A DNA stretch of 64,000 nt from assembly GCA_040285745.1 (NCBI GenBank), contig JAUFOR010000001.1, forward strand, positions 434,001 through 498,000. The letters are read 5' to 3'. Positions 18,522 through 29,592 of the stretch are shown piece by piece. Position numbers and translations under genes: made by a program. Position 1 is the first letter of the stretch. Each line of letters opens with the position of its first letter. The notes under the pieces were generated by a model. It saw only the letters and a program-made list of their open reading frames with translations. It made no database searches and had not been told where the DNA came from. Source of the stretch: Barthelona sp. PCE (taxonomy: Eukaryota).

Positions 18522-20567
18522 TTAAAGAACACACTCAGGTTCAATAATACGAGAATTCTCAAGAAAACTGGGAAGATTAATCTCAGTAGGTAGGTCTTCA
18601 GGCTGATGATCAGGATTGAATGAGAAACTTTTTGTTTCAGGGTAATAAATAATTTTTTGATGTTCAGGAATATAATCATCAATAAAAATATCACGGGATG
18701 GTATTTCTGGGCTTGTATATCGCTTAGAAGTCTCGTTCAAGTTCACTGATTCACCCTCAACTTCCACAGCAAAAATCTCACAATCTGCACTAACAATTTC
18801 ATTTGGTGAACAGAACTTACGTATTCTGAAGAAGGCAACTGTGCGTAGAGGTAACGCCTCCTCCCAGTCAAAAATACAAATTTGAGTCCCACCATGCTCC
18901 AAAAAGTCTAGCTCTTCAGAAAATGAATCACAGCACGAGTTAAGGGACGCAATCGCCGCAACAGCAACTCTGCAATGTGACATATACTCATCAGGGATGT
19001 ACAACATAACGTCTTGAGCATCAACAGTGTCTCTATGCAGAAGAAGTCTTTGTTCGTCCTCAACAGTTACATGGTGCCCTCTATACCGGAACCGGATTGC
19101 AACCAGCTCGCACGTATCTCCCACATAAACAAAGACAGTGAATTCGGTTGGGTCGTATTGGTTCGTTACGTACTTGAATACATGAACAAAATTGTTTGTT
19201 TCGAAGTCAAAAATACACTTATTGGCCAAATATATACCAGTGCATGTTCTCACAAGAGGGAGGTTTTGCTTAAATATTGCTAGCTTTGATGTGCACAAAA
19301 ATGATGTGCAGTATTTTTTTTTTGAATCATCCAAAGATGCAAAATACAAATCATCTCCCCTTTTGAAGAAAAACTTAAGTTCCTCCGGTCTTCTTCCCCT
19401 GTAAATCTGTTCAATTGCGATATCCTTAAAAGAAAGAATGAGAATTGCGTTTTCTCGAAGATAGAACAAACTTATAGCATTTTTATCGTGATTGAAGCTG
19501 TCTTTATATTCAAGAAACCCGTCGTAGTACTTATTATAGCTGATTTGATTAATATGCATCACAACTCTTCTTGTTCGTTCAAAATAAACATTGCAAAGCT
19601 GTTTTTCACTGTTCACGACAATCATACGGTCAATGATATGAGAGTAGCGGTCGTTAATGCCGAAAGAAGAAGGCAAAGGGTGAAGTACAGAAATGACATT
19701 AGAGTGATTGTTCCATGATTGCTTTATCCCATTGTTGTATATGTAACTGGGTCCGAAAGTCGCCTTGGTTGTGAATATAAAGCTACTTCGTGTTAGATTA
19801 CACAATACAAGCGCCTCCATGTCTACATCATCAGTGCTTATATTGAGGGGTTTGTGATTTCTGCCATCATAAGCATACGATTGTGTATCGCCCTTGATGA
19901 CCACCCACCGGGTGTTAAAGAAGGGGATCACACCCCACCATTCTTCTGAAGTCAAGAATTCTAATTCAACCATTGTGAGGGTGTTTTCTGAAATATAATT
20001 AGAGGGATGGAATGTATAGTTGTAATATTTGGTTACCTCTCCATTGAACTTGCTGAGTACAGTAATATAAGTACCGCTGTGTTTTGTATTCTCAAAATAA
20101 TATGGTAATGTTCGATGGAGACCATCGTTCAGATTCATGATCATCGTTTCCTCATCGAACTGAATGATGACATTGTTCTCATTCAAGGGTAGAACCATGG
20201 AAGGCAAGCAGAAAACTTCAGAGAGAGGAAGACGGTGCTTAGTCGGAATATCCTTTAAATAGAAACTGTTATTCTCTTCTTTGTGGCCCAACATGGTGAC
20301 TTCGATGTAAAAACCCATATCATCTTCCTTCGCTACATAGCAACCATAAAATTTGGAATTCGGAATAATTACAACTTCATCAAGCAAAGCCTCGAATTCT
20401 ATAGGGACCTCCATTGCATTTGCAATCGGCACAATGACTGCATCGGTTGAATTAGGACAAGATCCCACACAAATTGTGCATGAGGTGGAATTCTTCGAGA
20501 ATATGATTTTGTTGAATTGGTTTGTGACTACAGGCAGAGAACGTCTGCGTGGTCGATAAAATTTCAT
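18522..20567 (-). CDS. Orphan beta-rich protein, 'MPR' family-like
   Basis: 681-aa ORF with NQYDP motif and C-terminal INLPSFLENSRII. Confidence 0.75.
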   Translation of the reverse strand: MKFYRPRRRSLPVVTNQFNKIIFSKNSTSCTICVGSCPNSTDAVIVPIANAMEVPIEFEALLDEVVIIPNSKFYGCYVAKEDDMGFYIEVTMLGHKEENNSFYLKDIPTKHRLPLSEVFCLPSMVLPLNENNVIIQFDEETMIMNLNDGLHRTLPYYFENTKHSGTYITVLSKFNGEVTKYYNYTFHPSNYISENTLTMVELEFLTSEEWWGVIPFFNTRWVVIKGDTQSYAYDGRNHKPLNISTDDVDMEALVLCNLTRSSFIFTTKATFGPSYIYNNGIKQSWNNHSNVISVLHPLPSSFGINDRYSHIIDRMIVVNSEKQLCNVYFERTRRVVMHINQISYNKYYDGFLEYKDSFNHDKNAISLFYLRENAILILSFKDIAIEQIYRGRRPEELKFFFKRGDDLYFASLDDSKKKYCTSFLCTSKLAIFKQNLPLVRTCTGIYLANKCIFDFETNNFVHVFKYVTNQYDPTEFTVFVYVGDTCELVAIRFRYRGHHVTVEDEQRLLLHRDTVDAQDVMLYIPDEYMSHCRVAVAAIASLNSCCDSFSEELDFLEHGGTQICIFDWEEALPLRTVAFFRIRKFCSPNEIVSADCEIFAVEVEGESVNLNETSKRYTSPEIPSRDIFIDDYIPEHQKIIYYPETKSFSFNPDHQPEDLPTEINLPSFLENSRIIEPECVL

Positions 20568-20717
20568 TGCAGTTTGGTATTAGGAAGAAGTAGCTTTAAA
20601 CAGAACTTTAAAGGTTTTCTACTTATTTAATGTTGGAAAATGTTATCTAAGGAATGGAAAACCTCGAAAACCTTGTTATAAAAGTCAGATCAGAGTTAAA
20701 AAAAAATTTTTTTTGAT

Positions 20718-22121
20718 TTATTCAAATTGTTCAATTTCTCCAACAGCAGAGATAGTACCCCAACCGATGAGACGCCAATGCTTAGCAATTTGTCGTGATA
20801 AGGCTACCTTTCTACCAATATTTGTGCAAACTGGTTGTTTCAGTCTGATCTTACAGTTGGGGTTACGGGTTTCAATGATCTCACCCTCACAAGTCTTTGA
20901 TCCGATAGCAATCATCAGGCTCTCTCCGGGTCTTAAAGACTTAATCTTAACTTGTGATCCGCTCGCCATAGTAATACCTAAAAGAACAGTAAGTAAAGTA
21001 AAGTTCACATCAATCTCAATGACGACCGGGTCAAGCGTGTTGGGATGGCCTGCAATCTGGCCCATGAGGTTGTCTTGTGCGGTTGTCTGCGGATCAACCT
21101 CTGTCTGCACTGCAATCAAACCTCCAGGCACTGCAAAGCTCAATGATGTATGCTCTGACTTCAGGGCAACAATGCGGGTGATGATGGGCTTGTATTTCCA
21201 CCCCTCCTCTGTCTCATGTAGAATACCGGGACGAATTTCAATTTCCTCCCTCAGTTTCAATACACCTTGAAGCAATGTTCCGCCAATAACACCACCAACG
21301 AGGTCGCCGATGAAGTTTCCTGGCATATTGACGTCAAATGAACGTACAATTTGCATGTGAGGCTCTTTTTCGAAACTTTCACTGGAAGGGATTGGGATTG
21401 TCTTGACCAACTTCTGTAAAACGAGATCGACGTTGATGTTGAACTGTGCGCTGATGGGGATGATCGGTGCGTTCTGTGCGGTGGATGTGGTGCATAGATA
21501 ACGACGGATATCGTGCATTTGTGCGTTTGCTGCATCACGCTTAACAAGATCGCACTTGTTCTGGCATGCAATGACGTTCTCGAGGCCCAACACACCGACG
21601 GCGGCGAGATGTTCTCTGGTCTGTGGCTGAGGACAAGGCTCGTTCGCTGCAATGAGGAGAATAGCTCCCTCCATGACGGAGGCTCCGCCAAGCATGACAC
21701 TCATGAGGTACTCGTGGCCCGGTGTGTCAACGAAGGATACGTGTCTAAGAAGGGACATATCTCCGTTACAGAATTTGCATTGAGGAGAAAGCATCTTCTC
21801 GGAGTTTGTTGAGAGATACGTTTCTGCCTCGTTGTATTTGGGGCATGTTTCGTTTTCACACTTCCAAATCTTAGCGTTGGCGTAACCCAGCTTAATTGTA
21901 ATGTTCCTTTCGTATTCTTCATTGTGACGAATTGTGAACTTACTACTGATAGCCTTAACAAGTGTTGTTTTACCGTGTGCGACGTGACCAATGGTTCCAA
22001 TATTGATAGTACCCTGATAGTGCATGATTTCAGGTGATAATGGGTTAGGGTTCTCGATTTGCTCAAAAGGAACCTGATCCTCACAGTTCTGCACTTCAGT
22101 AAGATCAATTGTATCAGACAT
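20718..22121 (-). CDS. EIF2S3: Translation initiation factor eIF2 gamma subunit
   Basis: NIGTIGHVAHGKTT, ERNITIKLGYANAKI, RHVSFVDTPGH, CPQPQTREHL, NKCD, PISAQ, RSFDVN, HWRLIGWG. Confidence 0.98.
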   Translation of the reverse strand: MSDTIDLTEVQNCEDQVPFEQIENPNPLSPEIMHYQGTINIGTIGHVAHGKTTLVKAISSKFTIRHNEEYERNITIKLGYANAKIWKCENETCPKYNEAETYLSTNSEKMLSPQCKFCNGDMSLLRHVSFVDTPGHEYLMSVMLGGASVMEGAILLIAANEPCPQPQTREHLAAVGVLGLENVIACQNKCDLVKRDAANAQMHDIRRYLCTTSTAQNAPIIPISAQFNINVDLVLQKLVKTIPIPSSESFEKEPHMQIVRSFDVNMPGNFIGDLVGGVIGGTLLQGVLKLREEIEIRPGILHETEEGWKYKPIITRIVALKSEHTSLSFAVPGGLIAVQTEVDPQTTAQDNLMGQIAGHPNTLDPVVIEIDVNFTLLTVLLGITMASGSQVKIKSLRPGESLMIAIGSKTCEGEIIETRNPNCKIRLKQPVCTNIGRKVALSRQIAKHWRLIGWGTISAVGEIEQFE

Positions 22122-22430
22122 ATGCTTGAAAAATGGATGAAAAGGAGGTAATTCTGAAAGTAGATTTCTTGTCCGTTTTCAACATAACTTTGAGTGCACA
22201 TACCCGATAAATATATATTTCCTGTGCACGTACATATTATAAACGAGCTCAATATTGTGTTTTACAATGTTACGAATATCTTGTTTATTGTGTGATATAT
22301 TTGCATTTTAGGTGCGTAAATAAGCTTCAAATAAGTAAAAGATCGCTCAGAACATATACATCTTTGAATTGTGACATTTCAATGCTTGTATTTTATATAA
22401 CAACTTTTATCACTTTTGACATTCATTCTG

Positions 22431-23945
22431 ATGAAGCTAGTCACACTATTTTTGTTATTAATTGTTACCAGCAGCCTCCACCCTTCGTACGCTTGGTTTG
22501 GTTGGTTTGGTAAACATCGTCCTGTTCAAGGAGACGTTGCTCACTTCCAAGAGATCCCTGTCATGTTCCAATCATGGAACGGGGACTGCTCTGCCATCCT
22601 TTCTTCTTCCTTCAGCGTTCCCATTGGTTATCGTACAAGACGTCCGTTTTCTCATGATGATAGCTGTTTATGTGCCCAAGATATGTGGATCAGTCTTTCT
22701 CTCAAGACCGGCAAGGTTAAACACGAAGGTCTTTACTGTGGAAAGTGCAACATCTTCAGGTCTGAAGAACTATCTTGCCCTCTTCTTCGTTCACTTTCTG
22801 AGAAGAAGGGAACACTGAGCTCTCTCATTGACACCCGCCCATCTGCTGCAAACAGCGCCATGGACGAAGACAATTTGACAATTCGCCGCCGCCGCAAGCC
22901 AAAGAAGAGAGTTGAAGAGAAGAAGGAGACTGGTTCTTTGTTTGATGACGAGGACCTTTCAGCTCACGATGACCTCATGAAGCGTATGGAAGATATGGGA
23001 TTCAAGCCCACTGACATCAAAAAACGTCATGAGACAAAACACGAAGATTACCAGTGGTACACCGATGATGATGGTGAAGTCCAGTGGAAACGCGATGGTT
23101 ACCGTCACGAAGAGAAGGGTGAGTGGGCCGACTATGATGATTACAAGGAGGACGAGTTGGGATACCAGGAAAAGACTCACGAGACTTGGAGTAAGGAGTC
23201 TGAAGACTATAGTCAAGAAGAGTTCGAAACCTTTGAAGATCTCGCCAGGAAGCTCCACGGCTTAACCGAGGAACCCCAGGAGGAGGAGAATGATATTTTC
23301 GCTGAGAACTCATGCGAGATTGATATTTTTGTGGGTGATGTCGATGATCACTGTTATGCTCGATTCCAAATTTGTGGTGGCGAGAAGAACGTCGAGTACG
23401 AGGCCACTGTTGTTGGTTGTGTTAAGTTCCTGAAGGACGAGCTCGAACAGTACGGCATTGATCTCGCACTCATTTCACCTGATATGAACTACGAAGTTAG
23501 GAACAGCTGCTTTGAGATCGAGAAGGGCGTCCGTGGCGTGGATCCCTACTTCTACAAGAAATCTTGTACCCGCACTGTCTACAGCGATCCCGTTCACACT
23601 TCTGTTACAGAGACTGAAATTCGTCTTGATAGCGAGGGCGTGTATGATGATATCCTCACAGGTAACGAGCGTCCCTCAAACCGCAATGAGCTCCCCATGT
23701 CTATCACAGTTATTGATTTGGCTGATGAGGTGGAGGATGAGTTCGGCGAGACTGATGAGATTGCTTACGTTGATCCTAAGCTCAATATGGCCAATGCTAT
23801 GTTCTTTAACACCATCCCTCACTCTGGAGACGATTCTAATTATCTTGTAGACCGTATTGTCGACGCCCATCGCGAGATGAAGTCTTCTGTTGATAACACT
23901 ATCTGTCACACTACCGATGATGGTCGTGAGTACTGCCACTTTTAA
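22431..23945 (+). CDS. Secreted or lumenal acidic, cysteine-containing hypothetical protein
   Basis: ATG at 22431 followed by signal peptide MKLVTLFLLLIVTSSLHPSYA; Cys-containing domains flank a D/E-rich linker. Confidence 0.75.
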   Translation: MKLVTLFLLLIVTSSLHPSYAWFGWFGKHRPVQGDVAHFQEIPVMFQSWNGDCSAILSSSFSVPIGYRTRRPFSHDDSCLCAQDMWISLSLKTGKVKHEGLYCGKCNIFRSEELSCPLLRSLSEKKGTLSSLIDTRPSAANSAMDEDNLTIRRRRKPKKRVEEKKETGSLFDDEDLSAHDDLMKRMEDMGFKPTDIKKRHETKHEDYQWYTDDDGEVQWKRDGYRHEEKGEWADYDDYKEDELGYQEKTHETWSKESEDYSQEEFETFEDLARKLHGLTEEPQEEENDIFAENSCEIDIFVGDVDDHCYARFQICGGEKNVEYEATVVGCVKFLKDELEQYGIDLALISPDMNYEVRNSCFEIEKGVRGVDPYFYKKSCTRTVYSDPVHTSVTETEIRLDSEGVYDDILTGNERPSNRNELPMSITVIDLADEVEDEFGETDEIAYVDPKLNMANAMFFNTIPHSGDDSNYLVDRIVDAHREMKSSVDNTICHTTDDGREYCHF

Positions 23946-23993
23946 TAAACCTTCCCGAAAATTGTACTTTTTTTTCATTCCTGTATTTTAGCT

Positions 23994-26034
23994 ATGCCAC
24001 GTAACAGACCATTTGAAACTGGCCTGTATCTCGAGCACAACAACGAACTGGCTTCGGATGTGGTTGAGATGAAGTTCTTTGATTTTGGTAATTCTTTAGC
24101 ACTTTATTCTTTTGGTAATGCAGATCAAACAGGGAAAAATGATGATTTTATGGAAAACAGACCAAAGTCCGTTGATTATATTGCGCAGAAAAGCATCAGC
24201 AAGATGCCAATTTTGTTTTGTCATGATTTCTTTGAAAACAATGAATTCCTGTCTTTGATATGGGACGAAGGGCAGCGATACTTCATTGAATATGACCTTA
24301 CTAAGGTAATTGTGTGGTTTTGCAATAGCGATGAACATGGAGTTTTAGCATTTGAGGAGCCAATACAATACACAATGGAAGTGCGTGTTGTGAGTTTTCG
24401 ATTGTTGGATCGTAATCATGCTTGTTTTCATACGTACGATCATTGTGGTTATATAATTTTTGATGATAGAGGCACACAGATTGAAATTAAGTACCTTGAA
24501 GCTGATCATGGGTAGTTTTATTGATAATAGCGTCAATGTATTAGAAATGTCTGAAATTACATCTCATTATCCTTATGTACATCATAAGGCGTTAACTGCG
24601 CATAGTAACGCTTGCATTTTCTACAATGATCTTATTGAGGGAGAGTTATGTAAGCTCATTTTGTTTTACTACGAGGATGGACTTCGCAGTATAGATCTGT
24701 TGGCAACATTTCCTGAAATGTTAAATCTAAAAATTAATGGGATAAGTGATATGATTTTTCTTTCATTTTCGTTAGAGAATTCCAGTGCTAGGTTTATAAT
24801 CCGCAACAGATTTGACAGCTTTTATGTTACAATTTCTGATGGTAAGTTAGAATGGAGTATTTTTGAACTCATTCGACCATACTTTTTCGAAAATTTTTTT
24901 TTTTCCGATAATATGTCTGTTGACCAGAATACGATGGTTGTTAATACAATGTTGGCATCAGGAAGCATCATATCCACGATAGGATTTAGTGCCAGTTTTC
25001 CTCGATTAATTTTGAATCTTTCTGTTTTTACAGTATATTTCCGTGATCTCATTGTTTATTCAACCGATTCTCGATGTCATATGCTGGATTTGCGCAATGA
25101 CATATGGTATCATGTAGTGTTTGGGGAGAAAACCATGAAAAACATGCATATTGCATTTGAGAGGACAGTGGATGATGAGTTCTCTTATTATTTCCATAAC
25201 TATGATAGCACAGTGCGGCACAGAGTAACAGCGCCACTGAATGATGTGCTGAGCGGAGTTTTTCCAAATTTAGAACGGTATACAACGAAGAGTAGCGACG
25301 CGACGGGGTTTAAATTTCGAGTTTGTTGCGATGATCCTTTGGTTTCGATGCAATACGGTCGTGAAGACGGGCAGTTCAGGATATATATGGTCCGTGATGG
25401 CCAGAGAATATTTGTCCATGAAATCGATGATGGTTACATTCATGTTTTTCTGTGTATGGTGGAGAATATCTGGTTTGGAGTGCCTGGGTGCATCGTGCAC
25501 TGTTTTTATCAAGGTGATGAATGGAAGCACGAGGAATTTGGACGGCAGTGGAACAAATGCTCAATGAACCGTTTCAGAAGTGGTATGTTTGTATACGGGT
25601 TGTATCACGATCGCAGCGTGGGCTTCTTCGGGGGTGCTGTAAGACTGCTACCGGTCGAATACGGCGAGTTTGTATGCTTCATGAGCCCAAGTCTGCTGTG
25701 TTTTGAGATTGGGATTGTTCGTGTGAGTCAAATGAAAAGAGAGCTTTCTTTCACCAAGATTATTGAGTTTTCTGACTATCTCACGGAAGACCAGGTGATA
25801 AATCGAGAAGATGATGATTCATTAAAGCATCATTTTTTTCACTTTAACGATGGTATTTTGGAGTTCTGTTTTTATCATAGCTCTGAAAAGAGGTACGATT
25901 TCCATCGTTTTGAGGTCATTGATCATAGGAATATTGAGTACAGCATAAGTCAAAGATATTTATCGGATTTCGTTCAAAAAACTCGGTTTGTGGACATATC
26001 CGACAAGTTCATTGATTACAGCAAAGTAGAATAA
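23994..26034 (+). CDS. 'MPR' family orphan gene interrupted at ~24491-24515 (25-nt intron or 1-nt frameshift)
   Basis: ORFs 23994-24515 and 24460-26034 join by a +1 shift into a ~670-680 aa protein of family size; starts MPRNRPFETG, ends YLSDFVQKTRFVDIS. Confidence 0.6.
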
Positions 26035-26103
26035 ACTTATTAGTAAATTTAAAGAAGAATTTTTTGTGTTTCGTTTCTTTACCATTTCATACACATTAGG
26101 GTC

Positions 26104-27372
26104 ATGTCTTCTTTGAAAGGCAGTGTCGTGAGGCTGTATGTTCCTACGGATTGTACAGAAAAGGAAGGATATATCATTGGTTTTAATATTCGAGGTTTTG
26201 ACTGCGTTATTGTTGATATAGTTAGCGGCACATACGATGAAGTCGTCAGCCACACCGAAAAGCTGAATGAATTACACAAGCCGGCTTTCAGGATAGAAAT
26301 TATTGGTTTTTGTCTTACTTATAAGGAAGAATACGGTGAAATGTACCGTCAGAAGTTTCCAAAGATCCGTGACCTGGACATACCCCTTTTTTATAGATTG
26401 GTACGGCATGAGAAGTTAAGCATTATGAATGTTAGTTGTCCTAACACAATGATACCAGCAAGCAACATGATATTCTTTGATCCATCCCGATCTCCCATCT
26501 CAGAATCAATCAATCTTCATGCGGTTGAACGTTATAGGTTGTTAGAGAATAGAAAGGAGCCGCAAATTCCGGAGCGCATTAAGCATTTACAGACAGGCTT
26601 CACAATTCCAAAGGGACTAATCGCTCTGAACTGGAACAAAACACGCATCAAAGAGATGCTCAGAGGAGAGAATGCACGTTCTTTCATGTTCTTTGATATG
26701 GTGCTGGGTTTTCTATATTTTTTCCTCAATTTTTTTGTGAATGTAGATATATTTACCTTAATAAGAGCATTGCTTCTAAAGATTAACTCGTGGTTGAGTG
26801 GATTTCCTGCAGGTTTTAAGATAGTACCTGAGATTGCAAAGTTTTTTACATCATTGATCAGTATCAGTTTGAATTTTGCGTTTTTAGACCGTGTAATTAG
26901 CTTTCTTGTGAACTTAAGTTGTCTTTTTGGTCTAGGGTATGTTGTAAGTGTGAAATATGAATTTTTTAGATTGCGTTTGTTTCCCCTTCTTTTCTTGAAG
27001 AAAGTAACAGGAATGCTTTATTTCGAATGTTTCTCCTGTCTGAAAACCATCAAGCTGTTCATGAAGGGAAAGAAGTTCAATAGAATAACAAAGGAAGAAG
27101 AGGAAGTAGAAGTTGAAGGAGCTAAAGTATTGATATCTACGTTAATTATGCTTATCATCTTGGGTTTACTACCAACAATTGCAATATTCCACGCGTTCAT
27201 GACTTTGTTGTTTAAATTGGTAGAATTTGTTAAGGAGTTGATGTATTTGGCACTCGGTTCTGTACTATCATTACCCAAGATATTTTTCGTAAAGTATATG
27301 GACTATATTCATGTACAGCGTGCAGATTCGTCGAAAATGTGTTCCAGATATGATTTAGTTGCAATCAAGTAG
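26104..27372 (+). CDS. PIGQ: GPI-GlcNAc transferase subunit Q (PIG-Q/Gpi1)
   Basis: WLSGFPAGFK and LFMKGKKFN resemble the WLMGxPAGLK and LFRGKKxN motifs; LLPT in a C-terminal TM segment. Confidence 0.8.
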   Translation: MSSLKGSVVRLYVPTDCTEKEGYIIGFNIRGFDCVIVDIVSGTYDEVVSHTEKLNELHKPAFRIEIIGFCLTYKEEYGEMYRQKFPKIRDLDIPLFYRLVRHEKLSIMNVSCPNTMIPASNMIFFDPSRSPISESINLHAVERYRLLENRKEPQIPERIKHLQTGFTIPKGLIALNWNKTRIKEMLRGENARSFMFFDMVLGFLYFFLNFFVNVDIFTLIRALLLKINSWLSGFPAGFKIVPEIAKFFTSLISISLNFAFLDRVISFLVNLSCLFGLGYVVSVKYEFFRLRLFPLLFLKKVTGMLYFECFSCLKTIKLFMKGKKFNRITKEEEEVEVEGAKVLISTLIMLIILGLLPTIAIFHAFMTLLFKLVEFVKELMYLALGSVLSLPKIFFVKYMDYIHVQRADSSKMCSRYDLVAIK

Positions 27373-27427
27373 AGTAAATAGCTTGTTAGTTTTTTCTTCC
27401 CTTTTTCACACAGATATACAGATTGAA

Positions 27428-28606
27428 ATGCAATCATTCGACGTATTGATTGGCGAGTACGAGGCTCAGGCAGACATGTTAAGGGATCTGAAGGCAAAAA
27501 TCCAAGAAAAGTTGTTTTTTCCAGCTCAGCTTATTTTGGATAAAGTTTTTGATACAATGGCCGAGAATGACGCTCAGACGCAGCTTTGTTTCACGTTGTT
27601 CGGCGGTCTAATCTTACAATACAGTGAGTTTTCTTCTTTATGGTCCTTCCGTAAGCTCTGTAGTTTAATGATTGTAACGGACATTTCAGACCTCAAGGAA
27701 GGTGTAATCGACTTTATTGAGAAGATTAAGGATGAATCAAGGCGTACCTATCATGTTACTAGGATGGAGGATGAACAGGCTCTTTTAGGGTTCGAGGCAG
27801 CACTTCTTCTGCTCACATACGATGGTATGGAGCTCGAGGAGCTTGAGAAGGAGTATAATGCATTGCACAAACGCTCAGTTAAGATGTACGATGTTGATGA
27901 ATTTGTTGATGTTGTTTTGCACGAGATGGATATGCTTATTGCAATGGAGAGCGAGAATTACGATCGTTTCTTTAGCGCTTTTGTCCGTGCGTGTGCTTCC
28001 AGTGCGTACGCAACTACTTCAACCGAGTCATTACTTGAAGGTGCCGTTAATGCAATGCTTGGTGGATTGTTGTCGGAGAATATCTTCAATTTCAGACCTC
28101 TAATTGAAACTGGAGTTTTGGAGATGCCTGCACTCCAAGAGCACCCCATACTTCAGCTGTTGAACGGTGTACAAGACGGGGAGATTGAGAATGTGAGCCA
28201 TTATATCAGTGAAGTTAGTCAAGACCAGTTCCCAGCACTTTACGAAAACGAAACTTTTATAATTGAGAAGGCTAGAGTTGCACGCTTTGTTGCAATCTGC
28301 TTCAATGTGCTCAGCAGACCAGTGAGAGAGGCTACATTTGATGAGTTATGTGATGAATTGCAGTTTGAGAATGTGTTACTGCTCAAAGTCTTTATCATCA
28401 AATGCGTATCACTAGAGCTTGTTACGGGAAAGCTTAACGACATCAAGAGGGTGTTCCGTATTGAAAATGTGAAACCAAGAGTTGTTAATGCCAAACTTGT
28501 TTCAGATCTGAAGTTTCATCTGAGTAAGTGGCTTGTGGAGATCGATGACAGCATGGGAATGCTGCAGCTTTATGAGGAGCAACAGAAGTTGTTAAATTTG
28601 GAGTAA
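27428..28606 (+). CDS. PSMD13: 26S proteasome lid subunit Rpn9 (PCI domain)
   Basis: ENIFNFRPLI, ATFDEL, IIKCVSLELVTGKLND..VKPRVV match the Rpn9 C-terminus; ATG at 27428. Confidence 0.82.
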   Translation: MQSFDVLIGEYEAQADMLRDLKAKIQEKLFFPAQLILDKVFDTMAENDAQTQLCFTLFGGLILQYSEFSSLWSFRKLCSLMIVTDISDLKEGVIDFIEKIKDESRRTYHVTRMEDEQALLGFEAALLLLTYDGMELEELEKEYNALHKRSVKMYDVDEFVDVVLHEMDMLIAMESENYDRFFSAFVRACASSAYATTSTESLLEGAVNAMLGGLLSENIFNFRPLIETGVLEMPALQEHPILQLLNGVQDGEIENVSHYISEVSQDQFPALYENETFIIEKARVARFVAICFNVLSRPVREATFDELCDELQFENVLLLKVFIIKCVSLELVTGKLNDIKRVFRIENVKPRVVNAKLVSDLKFHLSKWLVEIDDSMGMLQLYEEQQKLLNLE

Positions 28607-28669
28607 ATGTGAGCTATTATCTTCTTTCTCACCCTTTCTTTTTTTTAGCAGAATTTTACACCGGGCAAC

Positions 28670-29590
28670 ATGAGTGTGATGACTATTCAGCCCCTGTTGA
28701 CAGAGGATTACCCTGTTTTTCTGTGGTTTTGTCAACCCAATAATACCGAGGATAAAATCGCCGTATGTGGTCAGGAAGGCGTTTTATCCATATTCAGCGC
28801 AGCAAAGGTCAGCGCAGGTATCGTCCTGTCTGATAGAAAAGACTACAACTATCATAAACAGTCAGTACGGCGTTGTGCCTTCTCTCCTGACGGAAAGCAC
28901 ATTGCCGCATCATGTTTCGACCGTGAGCTCACCATATGGGCCGTGGACGACCCGGAGAAGCCAATCTGCAAGCTCAACGCACACGAGGCAGATGTGAAGG
29001 GTATTGCCTGGCACCCCATCGAGGATACTCTGATTTCTACATCACGTGACAAGAAGGGACTTGTATACACACCACAGAACGATGAGCTGACTGCGTTCAA
29101 AGTCACAGGCGTTCTGCAAGGTAACACACAGGACGTTAAAGTTGTTGAGTTTTCAGAGGACGGATCGGTCGTGTGCACTGGTGGATACGACAACAGCTTG
29201 AGGATGTACGCAGCAGACCATGACAATGTATGGGAGGAGCTGAACTCATTTTCCACTGATGAAACAGTGTGGGATATAGTGTTTAACGGCGATGATATAT
29301 ATGCTTTTGCAACGACTTTTGTTTACTGCGTTGATTACGACCTTGACTTAGTGTGGGAGACGGCCTTCGAGGAACGTGTAGTGGCAGGATGTATGTACAC
29401 GAACGCAGCCAATGAGAAATATCTGTGTTGCTGTCACGGTAGTAGCATTTCAGTTATCAATTTGAAGGGTGAAGTAGTATCCGTAGCAGATGTTGGTTCA
29501 GCACAGATTAACTGCGTGCGACCATACCATAATGGTGTCATTATTTCAAACGATTTAGGTCAATTGTTTTACATTGAGAATTGCGAATAA
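28670..29590 (+). CDS. CIAO1: Cytosolic Fe-S assembly WD40 protein CIA1
   Basis: HKQSVRRCAFSPDG..ASCFD, HEADVKGIAW..SRDK, TQDVK..YDN match Cia1 blades. Confidence 0.85.
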   Translation: MSVMTIQPLLTEDYPVFLWFCQPNNTEDKIAVCGQEGVLSIFSAAKVSAGIVLSDRKDYNYHKQSVRRCAFSPDGKHIAASCFDRELTIWAVDDPEKPICKLNAHEADVKGIAWHPIEDTLISTSRDKKGLVYTPQNDELTAFKVTGVLQGNTQDVKVVEFSEDGSVVCTGGYDNSLRMYAADHDNVWEELNSFSTDETVWDIVFNGDDIYAFATTFVYCVDYDLDLVWETAFEERVVAGCMYTNAANEKYLCCCHGSSISVINLKGEVVSVADVGSAQINCVRPYHNGVIISNDLGQLFYIENCE

Positions 29591-29592
29591 AC

